NCBI GenBank assembly: GCA_002269645.1
Contig: NIVC01002178.1
Span: 1 to 64,000, forward strand
DNA length: 64,000 nt
Reading direction: 5' to 3'
Source of the DNA: Macrostomum lignano
Lineage: Eukaryota
Every line of letters starts with the position of its first letter. Within the stretch, counting starts at the first letter, position 1. Position numbers and translations under genes: made by a program. The notes below the pieces were generated by a model. It saw only the letters and a program-made list of their open reading frames with translations. It made no database searches and was not told the DNA's origin. This document shows positions 24,909-38,503 of the stretch, one piece after another.

Positions 24909-25193
24909 GTTTCTGCTAGAGGTGGCTGTTTGCTCAACACAAAGCATCAATAAAAGGTGTTATCTTTGCAATGGATCAACGAAATATTGGTACAATATAC
25001 ATGTATTTTCAAAAAAGAATGACGGACAAAATATTCAAAATTTTGCGCTTTCATGCGCAGAATGTTTCTGAATAGGAATTTTTTCTGTTGTAACAGTGTT
25101 ACTAACAGTATAAGAATTGTCATATGACACTCGATAAAATCCAAGTTAATCATCAGCTGAGGCAAGTATGACTTCTCCCGGGAATTCAGCGGT

Positions 25194-28100
25194 TCAACAG
25201 TTCTCTTTGTCCTTTTCTTCCACGCTTCCCTCTTGAATAACGCCGGCCAGCGACGGAGGTCGCTGGTTCGAGCGCCGACTGTCAGAAGCGACACCGGTGG
25301 TTTGCAGCTGATGCACAATGGCGCGGTGCTCGTTGAGCAGCTGGACGAATTCGCGGCGCCTGTGCGCGGCCGACAATCGGATGATGTCGGCTGCCAGCTC
25401 GGAGTTGCGCCTGCGGCTGATGCGGTCAGAGATACTGGAGCCGCTGCGCTGGGAACCCGCTGGGAGTTTTCGGGAGAATTGGGAGAAAATCAGTTAGTAG
25501 CTGCTCGTGTTTACTGTAGCGAATAAGTCGACCCGCAATCAGCGTGGCGGGAGGCTGGTAGGCCCATTCCGCTGGCCCCTCCCTGATCACCTGCTCCACA
25601 GGGGCTTACCCAAAGCATCCATCAGTGTTGATACTTCAGCTTCATCCAAGTAATACACGTGCAGATAGCACAAATACCAAAGACAATACCGGAACTTTAG
25701 CTCGGGGATACAATGCTATGGACAGCAAAGTTCGCTATCTAAACAGATTAACGGTCTTGGTGAGACAAGAAAGTGGGTGGAAACCTCTATGGTTACTTAA
25801 GGGAATCTGTAGTATATGCTTATGACCTCTAAGCCTAACTCTATGGAATAATTTCACAAAACCCGGAACAATTAGAGAGAAGAGCTTGGGGGGAGAATGT
25901 TCCAATCAGAACCTTAGACACCCCTCATCCAATCAGAACCTTAGACACCCCTCATCCAATCAGAACCTTAGACACACCCCTCATCCAATCAGAACCTTAG
26001 ACACACCCCTCATCCAATCAGAACCTTAGACACACCCCTCATCCAATCAGAACCTTAGACACACCCCTCATCCAATCAGAACCTTAGACACACCCCTCAT
26101 CCAATCAGAACCTTAGACACACCCCTCATCCAATTAGAGCCTTAGACACCCTCATCCTATCAGAACCTTAGACACACCCCTCATCCAATCAGAACCTTAG
26201 ACACACCCCTCATCCAATTAGAGCCTTAGACACCCTCATCCTATCAGAACCTTAGACACACCCCTCATCCAATCAGAACCTTAGACACACCCCTCATCCA
26301 ATTAGAGCCTTAGACACCCTCATCCTATCAGAACCTTAGACACACCCCTCATCCAATTAGAGCCTTAGACACCCTCATCCTATCAGAGCTTTAGACACCC
26401 CTCATCCAATCAAAACCTTTAACCTTAGCACCCCTCATTTAATTCTCTTTGTCCTTTTCTTCCACGCTTCCCTCTTGAATAACGCCGGCCAGCGACGGAG
26501 GTCGCTGGTTCGAGCGCCGACTGTCAGAAGCGACACCGGTGGTTTGCAGCTGATGCACAATGGCGCGGTGCTCGTTGAGCAGCTGGACGAATTCGCGGCG
26601 CCTGTGCGCGGCCGACAATCGGATGATGTCGGCTGCCAGCTCGGAGTTGCGCCTGCGGCTGATGCGGTCAGAGATACTGGAGCCGCTGCGCTGGGAACCC
26701 GCTGGGAGTTTTCGGGAGAATTGGGAGAAAATCAGTTAGTAGCTGCTCGTGTTTACTGTAGCGAATAAGTCGACCCGCAATCAGCGTGGCGGGAGGCTGG
26801 TAGGCCCATTCCGCTGGCCCTCCCTGATCACCTGCTCCACAGGGGCTTACCCAAAGCATCCATCAGTGTTGATACTTCAGCTTCATCCAAGTAATACACG
26901 TGCAGATAGCACAAATACCAAAGACAATACCGGAACTTTAGCTCGGGGATACAATGCTATGGACAGCAAAGTTCGCTATCTAAACAGATTAACGGTCTTG
27001 GTGAGACAAGAAAGTGGGTGGAAACCTCTATGGTTACTTAAGGGAATCTGTAGTATATGCTTATGACCTCTAAGCCTAACTCTATGGAATAATTTCACAA
27101 AACCCGGAACAATTAGAGAGAAGAGCTTGGGGGGAGAATGTTCCAATCAGAACCTTAGACACCCCTCATCCAATCAGAACCTTAGACACCCCTCATCCAA
27201 TCAGAACCTTAGACACACCCCTCATCCAATCAGAACCTTAGACACACCCCTCATCCAATCAGAACCTTAGACACACCCCTCATCCAATCAGAACCTTAGA
27301 CACACCCCTCATCCAATCAGAACCTTAGACACACCCCTCATCCAATCAGAACCTTAGACACACCCCTCATCCAATTAGAGCCTTAGACACCCTCATCCTA
27401 TCAGAACCTTAGACACACCCCTCATCCAATCAGAACCTTAGACACACCCCTCATCCAATTAGAGCCTTAGACACCCTCATCCTATCAGAACCTTAGACAC
27501 ACCCCTCATCCAATCAGAACCTTAGACACACCCCTCATCCAATTAGAGCCTTAGACACCCTCATCCTATCAGAACCTTAGACACACCCCTCATCCAATTA
27601 GAGCCTTAGACACCCTCATCCTATCAGAGCTTTAGACACCCCTCATCCAATCAAAACCTTTAACCTTAGCACCCCTCATTTAATCAGAAACTTAGACGCC
27701 CGTCATTCCAATCAAAACCTTAGCACCCCTCATTTAATCAGAAACTTAGACACCCGTCATCCAATCAGAAACTTAGACACGCCTCAATCAATTTTTGGAT
27801 ATACAATTATTCTCATACAAGTTTCAGAGTCTTTAATAGTAAAGCCTTTTGATCTCAGGAGCAATCATTACTTCATTAGTGCCATGATCAGGTATTCGTC
27901 TTCCTTTCCCAAATTCGCGCCCTGTCACCTGATCCCCGCCTTTGCTGTGAAAATTGATCCCTACAGATGATCAGGTAGGAAAAATGACAAATTGCGTGAA
28001 GCACGACGAGGTCACTTGTATTTGATAAGGCTCAAAGAAGCTTTTAGGCGCTCTGCGTAAAAGCAGATATTGTTACACAGCCAGCCATTTTCTTACACAC

Positions 28101-28625
28101 TGCATTCTTTTTGCATCAGATTTAGTCAATCGGCCCATCTTTTTAAAAAGAGGAGACAAGCACGAATGCAGCTTGAATGTCCACAGAACTACAGCTATGA
28201 TAGTGAATGCTAAGAAATATTCATTCGCCGTGGTGCCACTTGGCGTAGAGGGATCCATCAAGAGACTTTAAACACCATGGGGGCAATGCTTGGAAGCTCA
28301 GCTCACCCTCTGTCTCCACGTCCGCCACGTCGATCTCGACCTCTTCTGTCTCGCCCTCCTCATTGTGCACCACCATCTCCACTGTGGACATCCGCCTGGC
28401 CAGCTGCACCGGCCGCCCCATCACCGACATCATCCCGGCTGGCAGCGGCTGCCGCGCCTTCTCGGCGCCGCCCGGCGGGCGGTCCTCGCCAAAGGCAGCC
28501 GCCACCGCGGCGCGTCCGGCTCTCCTGCGCTGCAGAAACTGACTCGGCGGCACCGGGGCCGCATCGCCGCAGACCTCCTCACGAGGCTGCTTCTGCTCCG
28601 GCTGCTGCTTCTGCTGATTCTCCAT
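25194..28625 (-). CDS. Uncharacterised two-exon gene (~193-194 aa) with a duplicated terminal exon
   Basis: Exon 1 is 28625-28307 (MENQQKQQ...VETE, donor GTGAGC, phase 1). Exon 2 is 26701-26439 or its copy 25459-25194 (acceptor CTCCCAG, phase 1; GSQRSGSSISDRISRRRNSELAADIIRLSAAHRRREFVQLLNEHR...KDKEN). Confidence 0.65.
25201..27683. repeat. Near-identical 1242-bp tandem segmental duplication, each copy ending in a 27-29-bp minisatellite
   Basis: 25201-26442 repeats at 26443-27683 (identical 97-aa ORFs at 25233 and 26475; one 1-bp indel seen, CCCCT vs CCCT). Minisatellite unit CCAATCAGAACCTTAGACACACCCCTCAT. Confidence 0.97.
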
Positions 28626-29418
28626 CGTCCTTGCCGCTTTTAAAAGCCGAGTTTAGCGATTTGAACTGTCAGTAAACTGCCGAATTCCTTGGATAACCTG
28701 CGCGTCCTGTTTACTGTGTGCTGTCTCAAAACCACCTCAATGTGCGCCTTAATTAATAGGGCCCTCCCAAGCTCTGCGATTGGCCCAGCCAAGCCAATGC
28801 TCGCTCTGCTTCTGTTTGCTTCTGTTCGCATTGCCTCGCCTTGCCTGCCTGCCCTCCCTCTGCTGCCGGTGGTGAGTCCTCCTGCCTCCCCTTGCCCAGT
28901 CTATCATCTGAGCACTGATGTCATTTGGGAGCCCGTCGCTTGTCAGATCAGTTCATTTTCCTCTCCTGGCAAAATTTGCACGCATAAACCCAGGCCGAAA
29001 CCCGCCGTCCTCTTCTCCCCACTAATCCCTTTACCCCCCCCCCCCTGCAGTCAGCTGGCTCACCGATCGCGCCTGCACCGGAATCCTCATAGGGGATGCG
29101 AAAGATCTGCAAGCAGAAGGAAAATACAGAAGGAAATGTTTGGGGAGAAAGGAGAGAGGGTGGCAAGCTTGCGGGGCTTAACGCCTCAGTTGAGACTAGC
29201 CGGCAATTTCTAATAAAAAGGCATAAAAGCCCGGCTATTCTTGCCCAGCATTTGCTGTGAAAAAATATTTTTCTTTCAATTTTTACTTTTTTCCACGCTA
29301 ATCACACAGCGGGAAATGAAGCGAGCGGAAAAAGCCTCGGTTAAGGGGGCCGGGGGTGCTTAAGTCGCTTGAATTCTCCGAAAGGCATGAACTTAATCTA
29401 TCGAACGTTCCGGCTGGC

Positions 29419-29680
29419 GCAGACATGACACACATTGCTCCAACTGATGCAGACATGACACACATTGCTCCAACTGATGCAGACATGATACACATTGCTC
29501 CAACTGATGCAGACATGATACACATTGCTCCAACTGATGCAGACATGACACACATTACTCCAGATGGCGCAGACATGACACATTGCTCCAACTAGCTGGC
29601 GCAGACATGACACACATTGCTCCAACTAGCTGGCGCAGACATGACACACATTGCTCCAACTAGCTGGCGCAGACATGATC
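29419..29680. repeat. 30/33-bp minisatellite (GCAGACATGACACACATTGCTCCAACTGAT)
   Basis: About 8 visible units. Confidence 0.93.
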
Positions 29681-29763
29681 CACTTGCATCGTTGATATGC
29701 CGCGATTTTCCATGACTCGATGTCGATGCTGTTGCATCTGCAGCTACTGGACTGCTCCAGGTT

Positions 29764-29799
<36 letters not shown>

Positions 29800-30521
29800 G
29801 CTGAAAAAAGAATGGGGCATCAGAGTTTTATGAAATACTTTAGATGTCAGCTCGTGCGCTGCTTCAGTAGCGATCAGTTAAATTTTCTCGTAAACAAAAA
29901 TGTTTTTTGTTGAAATTGGAATTTTCACTCAGTGCACATTTAAATTGATTAAAAAATTCTCCAATAGTAATCAAATTACTATGCAGAAATTTCCACTTTT
30001 AATATGAGTCTGAATCTTATGATGTAGTCGAAGTGAACCTCGTGCCATGAATTATTGAGACTTTGGTCTTTCGACTCATTCTCGCTTAATCTCTCCCCTT
30101 CTCTCTGTCCGTAACACAGGAATAGTCAGCACAGAGCTTTGCTTACTATTTTTTCCCAAGTACAAAAACCCCACCATCATTTTGCGATGTAGCTTTGACT
30201 TCTCCTTTATAAATTTGAGTACTTTTATATTGGACGATGAGTTAGGAGCTGAGCAGTCCCTATTCAGAAAGCTAATGGCCATTCATTCAGCTTCTCTGAT
30301 AAATAAAGCCTTTTAACTTTATGCGGAAACTAGCAAATAATTCTCTTCCACTGTATCTACACCAAGCTTTATATACGGATTTTTCTACTCACTCCTCACA
30401 GATTATCAGCCTGAGCCTTCACCTCATCTGCCGCTTCACCTCACCTTCACCTCTGCTGGGACCGCTTGCCGGGGTCTGTTGAAGTTGTCAGCATTTGATG
30501 GACACATATAGCACGCGCGCT

Positions 30522-30553
<32 letters not shown>

Positions 30554-31246
30554 CTAAGACAGCCTCACCGAATAGTATCGAGTGTCTTGCGCCTCAAACC
30601 CGAGCGCTGAGCAGCGGCCAGACTGGCTGCTAGACTGGCTACCGTAAAAGACCATTTTGTAACCTCGGGCAGACATTGCCTGTCAGTTAGTGTGTAGCAG
30701 CTAAGCTGCAATCTAGAGCCTGTAAGAATCCTTTTTATATGCTGTCAAACGACACCATCATGACAATGCTCTATCCCAGCCCATCCGTCTGTCTTCCTGG
30801 AGATGAAGGGGCAAGCCAGCAACTTCCCTTCGCTGCTACCCGCCATCCCGGATGTTAATTCCGTTGCTGGTCCCGGACGATATTAAAGTTTGCCTTGTAC
30901 AGAGGATTGCAGAGCGGAGGGAAGCGCGACTTGACTATCAGTGCAAGACATTCTTTAGAAATCTTTAAGCGCTTCTGTCTGCCTCTCAGCTTTTGCAAGT
31001 CTCTGTCAGCTTCTCAGCGTCTATGGCAAGCGGTAGGGGGCTCTGTGAGCCAAATATCCACCCTCAATGATGTCAACTGCCGCATGCAAGAACGCGGCTA
31101 TGAATGCAGATACTTATTGACTTATACACGGCGTCCATTTTTCGAAGATAACATAAAAACAGTCGATTTTTTTGATAGCATCAAACAGACAAAGAGAGTC
31201 ATTGAAACATGGCCTGTGTTAAAAGCAGCAGTGCATCCATTCTAAG

Positions 31247-32956
31247 CACTGATAAGCAGCAACAACAGCAACAACAGCAGCAAAAACCGCAACAGCAGCA
31301 GACTGTGCAGCAGCAGGTGATTTCTCCGTGCCTAGGCGGCACTGCAGGGGCTTCTCCATCCTATCCAGACGATGTCCCCGCTACGGGCAGTTACCCGCTG
31401 AGGGCCTGGACAAGTAAAATGTTTCGCAACGGATTCCTGTCGGACATGGGCTTCTGCTCGCTCAGCTATCCGGACGGGAAAGCGATGTAAGCACCGTCCA
31501 GTCTGAGCTGCTTCAGTTTCTTTTTAGCTTTGCATTTGTGAGAATTGGACCAGTGAAGGTAAAGATAAGTCTACGCTATTAGTATTAGCAATTTAGTTTG
31601 GAAAACTAGCTTTATCTAACTAAAACTTGGTAGACGAACTTCAATACAGCCTATCATTCGGTCCCAAATACAATGCCAACTTTTCAGGGTCCAGGAGGTT
31701 TTCAACCACTTAGGCTGGGCCACTGTGGCCAACTTCCGCACGCAGCACCCGTACCAGCCCGGCTTCTTCTGGTGCCACGGCTACACGGCCAAATCCATCA
31801 CCGAGTGGCGCCAGTCGGCCAAGTTTACCGGCCTGCAGTTCGTCAGCTCCCTACCCAACATCATCTGCCTGCACAACAAGAAGCTGCTGCAGACTCTGAT
31901 CCGCCAGTACGAGCAGTCCGTGCTCAATTCGGTCGGCTCGCTAGATGCGCCAAATTATCTTCGCTTCCCCGGCGACATCCGGGCCTACAACTCGGACGCC
32001 TATCTTCCCAGGACGCTGTTCGACCTGACGCACGAGGAGCTGCATCACATTGCGGAGTCCTGCTTCAAACAGGACAGCGTCTGGATTGCCAAGCCTCTGT
32101 CGCAGAACTGCGGCAAAGGCATCTGCCTGGTGCGCAGCCGCGAGCAGCTGCTGGAGCTGTCCGACCGCCTGCCCAATCTCATCGTGCAGGAGTACATCCG
32201 CAATCCCGTCACGCTAGACGGCCGGAAAAGCGACCTCCGCGTCTACCTCCTGTTGGTTTGCCCGGAGCGCGGCCACCTGATGGCTTTCTATCATCCGGGA
32301 TTCGTCCGCCTGTCGCTTAGACAGTACGCCGAGACCACCGACGATCTGGCCGTTCACCTAACCAACCAGTCCGTTGCCAAGGCGACCGAGGAGTGGACGA
32401 GACGACGCGACGAATCGACTTGGACGCCGGCCCAGATGAACAACAACTTAAACGCTAGGAGAGACAGCACGGGTTTTGAGCGGGACTTCCTGTTCCGGCG
32501 AGTGCACCCCAGCATGCGAGCCGTGCTGGGCATCGTCAGCCGGGCGGCCTACCCCAAGGTGACCCGCATCGGCGGCTGCTTTGAGTTTCTCGGCTGCGAC
32601 TTCATGCTGGACACGAGCGGACGGGTGAGAGACGGTGATAGTCTGAGCCCAAGCTTTGACCAAAAATGTTTTAAACTAAGTCACTATCTGTCTGTGTGCA
32701 GACATGTTCTAAAAAATCATATTACTATTCTTTCGACTGTTCCCAGGTGTGGCTAATCGAGATTAACTGCTATCCGGGCATGGCAACCAGCACAAGCCTT
32801 CTGAGAACATTAAAGCCGCAGGTTGTTCATGAGGCCATCTGCCTATCAATGGAGTGCATCTCTAAGCAGTACCAGGGCAAGGCCATGTACCCGCTGGAGT
32901 CACTACGACAATTCCAGTTACTTTGGAACAGTGACGATGAGCCCTCCTCATCCTGA
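31247..32956 (+). CDS. TTLL10: TTLL10-like tubulin-tyrosine-ligase-family glycylase; 5' end uncertain
   Basis: Exons ~31247/31257-31486, 31688-32624 and 32747-32956 are phase-consistent. Motifs WIAKPLSQNCGKGI, QEYIRNPVTLDGRKSDLRVYLL, HLTNQ and GCDFMLDTSGR|VWLIEINCYP. The GFVRLSL..Y region is TTLL10-like. Confidence 0.8.
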
Positions 32957-35328
32957 CGCAGCTTTCTACAGAAAATTCTCTCTGTTTTATTCATTCATTT
33001 TTGTGTCCTATCGTCTCGGTTTTTTCAGCTGAAGAACTTTTATTCAATCAGAAGTATACTTTTAATACCTAGCATACTGCTGCCCGCTGGGACATGGGTT
33101 TAGCGCTGATCCATTCTTGTGTGCGGTCTAGGCACTTGCAGTCAATGATCCCGGCATTGCGTTTTGCTTTCTTTTGGACTTGGCACGATTGAATAAGCAA
33201 TTCGAATTAATTCGAATCTACATGTACATGTATAGTATATAATTAAGTCACCAGACTTCACAAACAATTTGTTTGGTGGCTTCCCAAGAGCGATTTCTCA
33301 CAATGTTTACAAGTACACTGCATTTAATAGTTGGATCGGGTCGATGTGGAACTGTGCACGAATTTTAAAGGTTTAATATTGTCTGTTGGTGCATTTCTTG
33401 AGTCGAGATGGTGCATTATGATTATCCGGGGCGATACATGTAAATTGAGCCAATAGAATACACATTCGCATCATGGGTTCTCGGCAGAGATTTTCAGTGT
33501 ACAGATAATTCTGCGATTCTGTATATTCTTCTATTTTTACCGCCATTCCCCAGTCCCCACAGCAGATGCGGCTCTTTATACTGTAATACTCACTTAAGCA
33601 TGTGAAGTAGTATAAATGAATTCCCAAATATTACAATTTTAATCTATTGAGTTGATGGCCGTAAAATTTATTATCGGAGTCGGAGAGGACATTTAAGCAA
33701 CGTCATATAAACTGCCAGTGAAATTGGCAAATTAATAAAAGCTGAATGCTTTAATAAATGCTTGAATATGGCATTTTGTTAGTGTTTTGAAAAATGGCGC
33801 GAACTCAATTTGTTGATTATCCAAGAAAAAAAGCCTAAAATTCGGATTTTGACGCTTATTCGCTCAACAATTACCATCTCATGATGTGATAATGCCTCAT
33901 CATGCCTCATGCTTCTGGTCAGTGGTCAAACTAGTTAGTCAGACATAACATGCGTCACAAAGGCACATAATTGCGCCAGAGGTCAGGGTGGCTTGCTTTT
34001 GCATTGGTTCCAAATTAGAAAATCGAATTCGAGGCTGCTAAATTAAATTGTAGCCTAGGCCCTAATAAATACTGCAACTGAACTGGTTATGATTTTTGAA
34101 ATGTTTATCTAAATTTAGTTAGAATTTTATTACCATTAAACATTTTTTCATTGAATGAAATGTAAAAAATCAAAGCTTTCAACTTAAAGGTCCAACTTTA
34201 TCATTTGAAGGATTCATTTGAAAAAAATTGTATCATTGTTAATTACATTTTTATCATTGCTATTTAGAAAAATATCTATAATTTAAAAATAGTCTTTTAA
34301 ATGAAATTGAAAGTCATTGGCCAAAGTGCAAACTATAGGCTCATATAGTATAATATTTTTGTAATTTTCATAGGATTTTATTGCTATATATTCTATAATA
34401 TTTATATAGTATAAATTATTTTAAGGTCCTTTGAGAGTTTGATTTTGGTATTAAAGCTGAATTATATTACTATAACTTTGTTTTAATCATAAAGAATAAA
34501 CATATCAAACTGTAAATTAATTTATTAATGTTAGTGAATTTTAAAATCTATGTTAGTTATTAGCCCTTTCCATTTTTTTAATTATTTGATAGCTAATTTT
34601 TAAGCAATAAACATTAAATCCTGGCCTTCAGGCTTAAAAATACATTTTACTTTAATAACCTGAATGCTTTTGGATAAAAGTTAGAATAATCTATGATTTA
34701 GTTAGCAAATAACTATAAAGGGACTGCCTATATATGCCTTGGCATACTTTAAATGAATTTTTTACTAGGCATGTAGCCAGCATTCATGTCAGCAGGTGGA
34801 CAGAGATATCAATCTATCTTTGATGTTGGCAATAGAAGCAAAATATAAAAGCAGTACAAAAATTCTTCTTTCAAAGAAGGGACATGTCCCTAGTGTCTCT
34901 TCCCTCCTTTGGCTACTTCCTTGATTGTTACACAGCTAGCAAGAGGCATTATTGCCCATTCTAACAACTTCCCTAGTAGGCACATAAGTGCATAGATATA
35001 TATGCAATCATATGCACACATGAACTCATATACAACAGCCCTAATTTTATTTATTGTTTGGCATATATATTCTTTATTATGTTTTTTGGGGGGGGGGGGA
35101 GTTGCCCTTATAGGTATTAACTGAATAAGCTTATCTAAACCAAAATTATACTTTAGCCACAAATTAATTTGATTGTGCTTGGAATTGGGCCTAGGCTGCA
35201 TCTATTAACTAGGCTATAGGCCCCACTCAGAAATTATAATACTATTTTAAATGTCAAATGCTTTTTTCTTCCATTTAAACTTTGAAGATTTGACCTTCAT
35301 TGATTGGAAAAACTTTCAGCAGTCAGGC

Positions 35329-37159
35329 ATGCGCACCCTGGCAGAGTATCAGATCAGCAGCAAGACTGGCTTTGTGCTGGAGCAGCCATGCTGTCAGCTT
35401 CCCCCAGCCTGGCAGGCCTATGACCGCCTAGCCAGTGCCATTGTGCCAATACTGTCCCAGCCAGACACTGACAAGGCCTCCGCTGACCTTCACTTGGCTG
35501 TGGCTGACCTTGTTGTGCCATCTGACCATGCGCTGATGGATATGGCCACCGCCTGGAGCCTGGAGACCCGCTGCCGGCTGCACCTGTGCCTCACCTGCAT
35601 CACCGCTTCTTACCTGTGGCACCGGGGCGAGTCCCGGGCGCCAAACCGTCTGCCCGCCCAGCTGGCCCGGCCGCTGCTTCGGGTGGCCGAGAGTCTCGGC
35701 CTGAAGCCCACAGTTGGCCACGCCACCCTGGCTCTGGCGAACTGCGCCTTGCCCGACTCCGCCTGGTCTGGCCGGCCCGAGCACCTGCGGCTGCTCTGCC
35801 AGCCCGGGCCGTCCTCGGCCTTTCGCGCCTTCGTTCTCGTCACGTGCGCATTCGAGCTGGACTTTGCGCGCGCTACGCCGCTGCTGCTCCGCGGCGCCGA
35901 GGCCCGCCGACCGGACGAAGCCGCCGACCTCCTCGATCGGCTGGCCGACTGCCTGGCCGGCCTGACCGCCAGGTTTGACGATTTTGGCCGCCTGCTTGAC
36001 CCGGACGAGTTCTATAGGGATGTTCGGCCCTACCTGAGCGGCCATGAGGGCCTGGTCTTCGAGGTCTGCCGCTGAGGGGCGATTTTTTACCTGCTTTGTT
36101 GTTGTCCCAGATTCCCAGGCTCCGCCCTCCCCTGCAGATCCTCTGTTGCTGGACCATCGTATATCCCCAAGTTTTCATGTGTCATTCTCACTCATTAGAT
36201 CCTCCAGGCTTGAGTTGCTGTCCTCCAAGATCCTCAAGGCTTGAATTGTCATCCTCCGAGATCCTCAAGGCTTGAGGTGTTGTCCTCCCAGATCCTCAAG
36301 GCTTGAGGTGTTGTCCTCCCAGATCCTCAAGGCTTGAGGTTTTTTTCTTCCAGATCCTCAAGACTTAAGATGTTTTCCTCCCAGATCCTTAAGGCTTGAA
36401 GTGTCATCCTCCGGGATCCTTAAGGCTTGAGGTGTTTTTCTCCCAGATCCTCAAGGTTTGAGGTGCTGTCCTCCCAGATCCTCCGGGCTCAGCCAATCTA
36501 AAATATAACCAATGCAATCCCTCATCCAATCCTGTCTCATTGTTTCACTCGCCCCTATTCGAATCCCAAGGGCTGCAGCTGCGAGGCGACCCCGCTTCGC
36601 CTATCCGGCGGCAGCGCCGCCCAGTCCACCATCCTGCAGTCCATCGACGCTCTGCTGGGCATCCGGCACGAGTCCGCCTTCCTAGCCGAGATGGTTGACT
36701 ACATGCACCCGGCTCACAGGTGAGATTTCGGCTCTTTTTTTCTCTGAACTGATTTTACTACTGACCGAATAAAATAAGTCAGTAGTTTGTTGGAACATTG
36801 TCAATAAAAAAATTAACTACTCAAAATTCAGGCAACTTCTAAAAGATCTCGCAGCCGAGACCCGCCTGCCCCAGCTGGTGGCGGCCAGCGCGCCCGAGTC
36901 GCGCCTGCGCGCCGCTCACGGCCGCGCCGTCGCCGCGCTAGCCGATTTCCGCAAGCGCCACATCGGCTTGGTGTCGCGCTACATTGTGGCCCCGGCTAGC
37001 AGAGTCAGGACGGAGTTCGCCAGCCTGGCCGAGCGGGGCACCGGCGGGCAGCCGCTGATCCAGTTCTTGAAGGAGGTTCGCGACGAAGGCGCGCTGCCGC
37101 CGCCACTCAGTGACCCTGGCGTGGACGGCAGTGGAGATGGTGTCTGCATGCTTAAGTGA
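35329..37159 (+). CDS. IDO: Indoleamine 2,3-dioxygenase-like heme protein, 3 exons, ~403 aa
   Basis: Exons 35329-36063, 36571-36719 and 36832-37159 splice in frame. Motifs YQISSKTGF, FYRDVRPYLSG, GLVFE|G, SGGSAAQS, FRKRHI (proximal His) and GTGG..LIQFLKEVR. Confidence 0.92.
36215..36485. repeat. 31-bp intronic minisatellite with a palindromic core
   Basis: Unit CAGATCCTCAAGGCTTGAGGTGTTGTCCTCC, in IDO intron 1. Confidence 0.85.
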
Positions 37160-37231
37160 TTGATGGGGACTCAGTATGATGCAGGGGTCAAGTATCTTAC
37201 GGCCTAGGCCACTCACTGGCAGGCCTTCACT

Positions 37232-37997
37232 GTTCAGTGTCCTGCAATGGTCACCGCTACCCCCTCACAGTGTCCTGCAGTGGTCACCGCTATCCCTCAC
37301 AGTGTCCTGCAGTGGTCACCGCTACCCCCTCACAGTGTCCTGCAGTGGTCACCGCTATCCCTCACAGTGTCCTGCAGTGGTCACCGCTATCCCTCACAGT
37401 GTCCTGCAGTGGTCACCGCTACAACCTCACAGTGTCCTGCAGTGGTCACCGCTACAACCTCACAGTTCCTGCAGTGGTCACCGCTATCCCTCACTGTGTC
37501 CTGCAGTGGTCACCGCTACCCCCTCACAGTGTCCTGCAGTGGTCACCGCTATCCCTCACAGTGTCCTGCAGTGGTCACCGCTATCCCTCACAGTGTCCTG
37601 CAGTGGTCACCGCTATCCCTCACAGTGTCCTGCAGTGGTCACCGCTACAACCTCACAGTGTCCTGCAGTGGTCACCGCTACAACCTCACAGTTCCTGCAG
37701 TGGTCACCGCTATCCCTCACAGTGTCCTGCAGTGGTCACCGCTATCCCTCACAGTGTCCTGCAGTGGTCACCGCTATCCCTCACAGTGTCCTGCAGTGGT
37801 CACCGCTATCCCTCACAGTGTCCTGCAGTGGTCACCGCTACAACCTCACAGTTCCTGCAGTGGTCACCGCTACCCCCTTCAGTGTCCTGCAGTGGTCACC
37901 GCTACCCATAGAGTCCTGAAATGGTCACCGCTACCCCCATATAGTCCTGAAATGGTCACCGCTACCCCCATAGAGTCCTGAAATGATCACCGCTACC
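37232..37997. repeat. 31-33-bp satellite (CAGTGTCCTGCAGTGGTCACCGCTATCCCTCA)n
   Basis: Visible array just downstream of the IDO stop. Confidence 0.97.
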
Positions 37998-38503
37998 AAC
38001 CCCAGCGGACACCTTTTTCACCGGACTGACAATTCATCATTCGAAATTCGATGTACACCATTGTTTTCTTTTTAACTGTTTGTTATTAGTTATTGTGTTT
38101 AATACGAGTATATTAACTTTGCCCCTGTCTTGTCGATTTATAACAATAAATTTTACCGACATTGGTTTGATTATTTATAATAATTTCTTCTGCGTTTTGA
38201 TTTCAACTGATTTTTCTGGATTTCCTATCAACAGAGTTTTTGTAATGCGAATTCGGTCTTTCTTTTCGAACTTTTTTAAATGAAGAAGTACACGATGTAA
38301 GTGCTCAATAAAATACACATGTACTTGCATCATTTTGCATCTTATTGTTCTTATTGCATCTTTTAGTTTCTTTATTTACGCAAATGTAGCTGAAATGCGA
38401 TCGTACCTACTTTCCTAGCTGTCAATAAGTAGTAAGGTAATAAAATTAGCAACAGAAAACAAAAATGTGAAAGTTAGATACGCTATCCACTGACATGGGT
38501 CTA

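Noticed and set aside
29626-29820. Minus-strand CAG-repeat exon-like segment with a good acceptor
   Set aside because: All frames stop in or before the adjacent minisatellite, and I could not link it to a gene.
30739-30860. Candidate first coding exon of TTLL10 (MLSNDTIMTMLYP...)
   Set aside because: No convincing phase-compatible donor; the 5' end is left unresolved.
34876-34923. Decayed relative of the 4907 MITE terminus (GGGACATGTCCC...)
   Set aside because: Too degenerate; no partner TIR or TSD identified.
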